Notes under the pieces: generated by a model
What the model was told of the DNA's origin: nothing
What the model saw: only the letters and a program-made list of their open reading frames with translations
The model's database searches: none
NCBI GenBank assembly: GCA_030668875.1
Contig: DAOVER010000079.1
Coordinates: 1-9,530 of the forward strand
Direction: 5' to 3'
DNA: 9,530 nucleotides
Source of the DNA: Candidatus Heimdallarchaeota archaeon
GTDB lineage: Archaea; Asgardarchaeota; Heimdallarchaeia; Heimdallarchaeales; Heimdallarchaeaceae
Position numbers and translations under genes: made by a program
In this document: positions 7,284 to 9,530 of the stretch, piece by piece
Position numbering within the stretch: position 1 is the stretch's first letter
How the letters are laid out: each line of letters starts with the position of its first letter

Positions 7284-7299
7284 AAATATTTAAATATTT
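7284..7299 (-). promoter_or_regulatory. TATA-box candidate (TTTAAATA) inside a perfect 16-bp palindrome
   Basis: AAATATTTAAATATTT at 7284-7299. Minus-strand TTTAAATA (7294-7287) ends about 24 nt before the ATG at 7263 and no SD motif is visible, which fits a leaderless archaeal transcript. Confidence 0.45.
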
Positions 7300-7432
7300 T
7301 TGGATTTATTGTAATATTAAATAGCTATGTGTTTAGTAGATTAACTTTAGTAATAAGTGAAAAGTCTTAGTCATTTACTTTTTAAGACACTTAACATAAA
7401 ATCTTTAGAAGGGAATATATTTAATATTTCAA

Positions 7433-8083
7433 ATGAATATATTAACTGAATTCGAGGGACTAATACCCAAAATATCTGGTAGTTCAATATCTCTTCAGCT
7501 AGATAATTCTCCCTACTTATCAAACCAGCCTATAATTGAACATATAAAAAACTATCCAAAATTAGAATGGCAGGACGTTTACAAATTTGTTTTGCAAGGT
7601 TCTTGTGGATGGACACACCTTCTTTCAAATAGAAATAAAGAGAGTGTTGTACGTTACCTTAATGAAGAATTAAACAAGGCCTCAAAACCTTACCCAGATG
7701 AGAGATTATTTGAAATCCTAGATAATGAAACAGCTCTTTGTAGAATCAACCTTAGAGTGTGGAAAAGTGAAAATCTTGGCAAATTGCATGAGTTATGGAA
7801 CTTGATGATCAAAGCTGAAAAAACCACACCAAAAACAACAGATATTTTCCAGAAAGTTTGGTTGAATATGACTAATCTAATTGATCAAGGTTATATTATA
7901 AAATCAAACAAATGTAAATACCTTGTTGGAGAATGGATTAGGATTGTAGTAAAATTATCTGAAGTGAACAGAAAAAGCTCAGATATGCCTCTGCTTCATC
8001 ATTCAGAAACATATCGAACTAACTATAAGCCAAGTTATAGGTTAGTAAATAAAAATGATCTTTTAGAATATTTGGAAAAATAA
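7433..8083 (+). CDS. Conserved hypothetical protein, 216 aa
   Basis: Full ORF. The motifs YP-x4-QDVYK-x3-QG-x2-G-x2-H, RINLR and HHS-x2-YR-x2-Y-x-P-x-YRLV match from memory an uncharacterised prokaryotic family. No function can be assigned. Confidence 0.75.
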   Translation: MNILTEFEGLIPKISGSSISLQLDNSPYLSNQPIIEHIKNYPKLEWQDVYKFVLQGSCGWTHLLSNRNKESVVRYLNEELNKASKPYPDERLFEILDNETALCRINLRVWKSENLGKLHELWNLMIKAEKTTPKTTDIFQKVWLNMTNLIDQGYIIKSNKCKYLVGEWIRIVVKLSEVNRKSSDMPLLHHSETYRTNYKPSYRLVNKNDLLEYLEK

Positions 8084-8180
8084 AGTTAGATTAACAGCTG
8101 AAGTAAAACCTATTTTTCCCTTCTCTGAATTATTATCAAATATCGGAAAGATAAATCTTCTAAGAAAGTAACAAAGTATG

Positions 8181-8945
8181 CTAATAAATAAATGGGAAAA
8201 TAATTTTTCGTTTTTCAGGATATTCTTCAAACGTTTCTTTGTACCATACATGATGTGATTTTGCTCTAGGAATTAGATTAGCAAGTGTCCATACTATGAA
8301 TAGTAATCCTGGAAGACTCCAAGTAGCTACTGCCCAACCTGTCCATAAGATAATCTCTCCTAGATAATTGGGACTTGACACAAAACGATAAAATCCTCCA
8401 TAAGGTATTTTGTAATCCTTTTCTCCTGGTTTTCTTAGATCTCTTAGTATGATATCGGAATGTCTATTGATAATATAACCAGTTATGAACAAGATTAAAC
8501 CTATTATGAATCTGGGATCCAAAAACCAGTTTTCATGATAATATCCCTCAGGTGCAAGAACAAAAATCCATCGTGCATTTAGGTAAGTATTTGATGTTTG
8601 AAACAACATTCCAAAGAACATTATTAGAATTGGCATTCGTTTGTTTGTTCTTAGGAAAAATGGAAAAATCAAATCTCTTTGAATATAATGAGATAGCCAG
8701 AGAAAAGCAAAAGCTAAAGGAATTAGATCAAAACTTCGTTCGCTGAAAGCTAGGATAACACCAAAGATAATTACTGCAGGAGCTTCCATAATTATCCAGC
8801 CTAATTTACTTGAAATACTTGGACCCCAACCTTTTCTTATATGCCTTCCATAGGGAGCAGAGATGAAAAACAATAATATGAACATAGCCACAGCTACTAC
8901 CACCGACGCTATCATTAATCCATTGAATAAAATCATCTCGTCCAT
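8181..8945 (-). CDS. 3-oxo-5-alpha-steroid 4-dehydrogenase / steroid 5-alpha-reductase family membrane enzyme (PF02544; SRD5A1/2-DET2-like), 254 aa
   Basis: Multi-TM profile with family motifs APYGRH, GWIIMEAP, HYIQR, HSDIILRDLRKPGE-x2-YKIP-x-GG, VSSPNYLGEII-x-W-x-GWA and RAKSHH-x-WY-x3-FEEYP-x2-RK-x3-PFIY. GGAG RBS 5 nt upstream. Confidence 0.93.
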   Translation of the reverse strand: MDEMILFNGLMIASVVVAVAMFILLFFISAPYGRHIRKGWGPSISSKLGWIIMEAPAVIIFGVILAFSERSFDLIPLAFAFLWLSHYIQRDLIFPFFLRTNKRMPILIMFFGMLFQTSNTYLNARWIFVLAPEGYYHENWFLDPRFIIGLILFITGYIINRHSDIILRDLRKPGEKDYKIPYGGFYRFVSSPNYLGEIILWTGWAVATWSLPGLLFIVWTLANLIPRAKSHHVWYKETFEEYPEKRKIIFPFIY

Positions 8946-8950
8946 AAAAT

Positions 8951-8954
8951 CTCC
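8951..8954 (-). promoter_or_regulatory. Shine-Dalgarno site (GGAG) of the reductase gene
   Basis: CTCC on the plus strand, 5 nt from the minus-strand ATG at 8945. Confidence 0.5.
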
Positions 8955-9065
8955 ATCTAACAGCTCAAATTAAAATCTTTCGCACTGTATAGCTTTTTAA
9001 ATCATTATTCTAAAAGCATAAAGAAAAGGATAAGAATACGAATTGTATCAAGGTAGTGTTGATAG

Positions 9066-9530
9066 ATGAACAAGAAAAAAAGTAATTTCATGAACATAGA
9101 ACTTTTTTGGAATGTTCAATTCATCTATGAACTAGTCCTTGCTCAATTGGAACTACAGAGTTTCGATATCGACTATCAAATATCAGAGGATTTTCGTGAC
9201 TTTTCCGTTAAAGATATTCCTGATCTAGAATATTTTCTTTCACGAACAGCATATTTCCAAGCAGCTCTTTCAAAATCAAGTCTGTACGAAAGTATAACTT
9301 CTAAAAATATTACAAGATCAATCAACCAATATATTACACATTGGTTCTATCCTTATAAAGGAAAGTTCCACCCTCAAATGATTCGTGCCCTAATCAACTT
9401 CATGAAAGTAAAAGAAGGTGAAACCATTTTGGATCCTTTTGTAGGTAGTGGAACTGCAGCTTTAGAAGCTCAGTTATTAGGTATTAATTGTATTGGTGTC
9501 GATATATCAGAAGTATGTAGTTTAATCTCT
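9066..9530 (+). CDS. SAM-dependent methyltransferase, N4-C/N6-A DNA methylase family, 3'-truncated (absent from the supplied ORF track)
   Basis: Open frame from ATG 9066 (alternative ATG 9090; in-frame TAG at 9063) to the window end, 155 codons. It encodes THWFYPYKGKFHPQMIRALIN (motif X-like), ILDPFVGSGTAALEA (motif I) and GINCIGVDIS. AGGT RBS-like site at 9051-9054. Confidence 0.85.
   Translation, partial: MNKKKSNFMNIELFWNVQFIYELVLAQLELQSFDIDYQISEDFRDFSVKDIPDLEYFLSRTAYFQAALSKSSLYESITSKNITRSINQYITHWFYPYKGKFHPQMIRALINFMKVKEGETILDPFVGSGTAALEAQLLGINCIGVDISEVCSLIS

Noticed and set aside
8063-8251. 62-aa minus-strand ORF
   Set aside because: It overlaps the 3' ends of both convergent genes. The F/I/L/K-rich composition is typical of translated AT-rich intergenic DNA.
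8552-8746. 64-aa plus-strand ORF
   Set aside because: It is antisense to the highly conserved core of the steroid reductase gene.
1-9530. Avoidance of GATC or CTAG as a clue to the methyltransferase target
   Set aside because: Both tetramers occur often throughout the window and no depletion is visible by eye. The window is too short for a proper test.

Overview
AT-rich prokaryotic window with five complete CDSs and one 3'-truncated CDS that the ORF track missed. In order: a secreted seven-bladed TolB/PD40-like beta-propeller (TTG start); a 1670-aa single-pass, receptor-like membrane protein; a small zinc-ribbon protein with a Cys-rich hydrophobic C-terminal tail; a conserved hypothetical protein; a steroid 5-alpha-reductase family enzyme; and the 5' part of an N4/N6-type methyltransferase. 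The large protein carries two GATase-like folds, a CARDB/Ig-like domain and 20 TSP3-like Ca-binding repeats outside the cell. Inside it has a helical bundle, TPR-like helices and a duplicated zinc ribbon flanking an acidic linker. TATA-like boxes, mostly hairpin-free oligo-T tracts and the protein types suggest an archaeon, plausibly Asgard; this is inference, not a database result. The best candidates for novelty are the large receptor-like protein and the CYSTM-like zinc-ribbon protein facing it. No rRNA, tRNA, CRISPR array or mobile element was seen.
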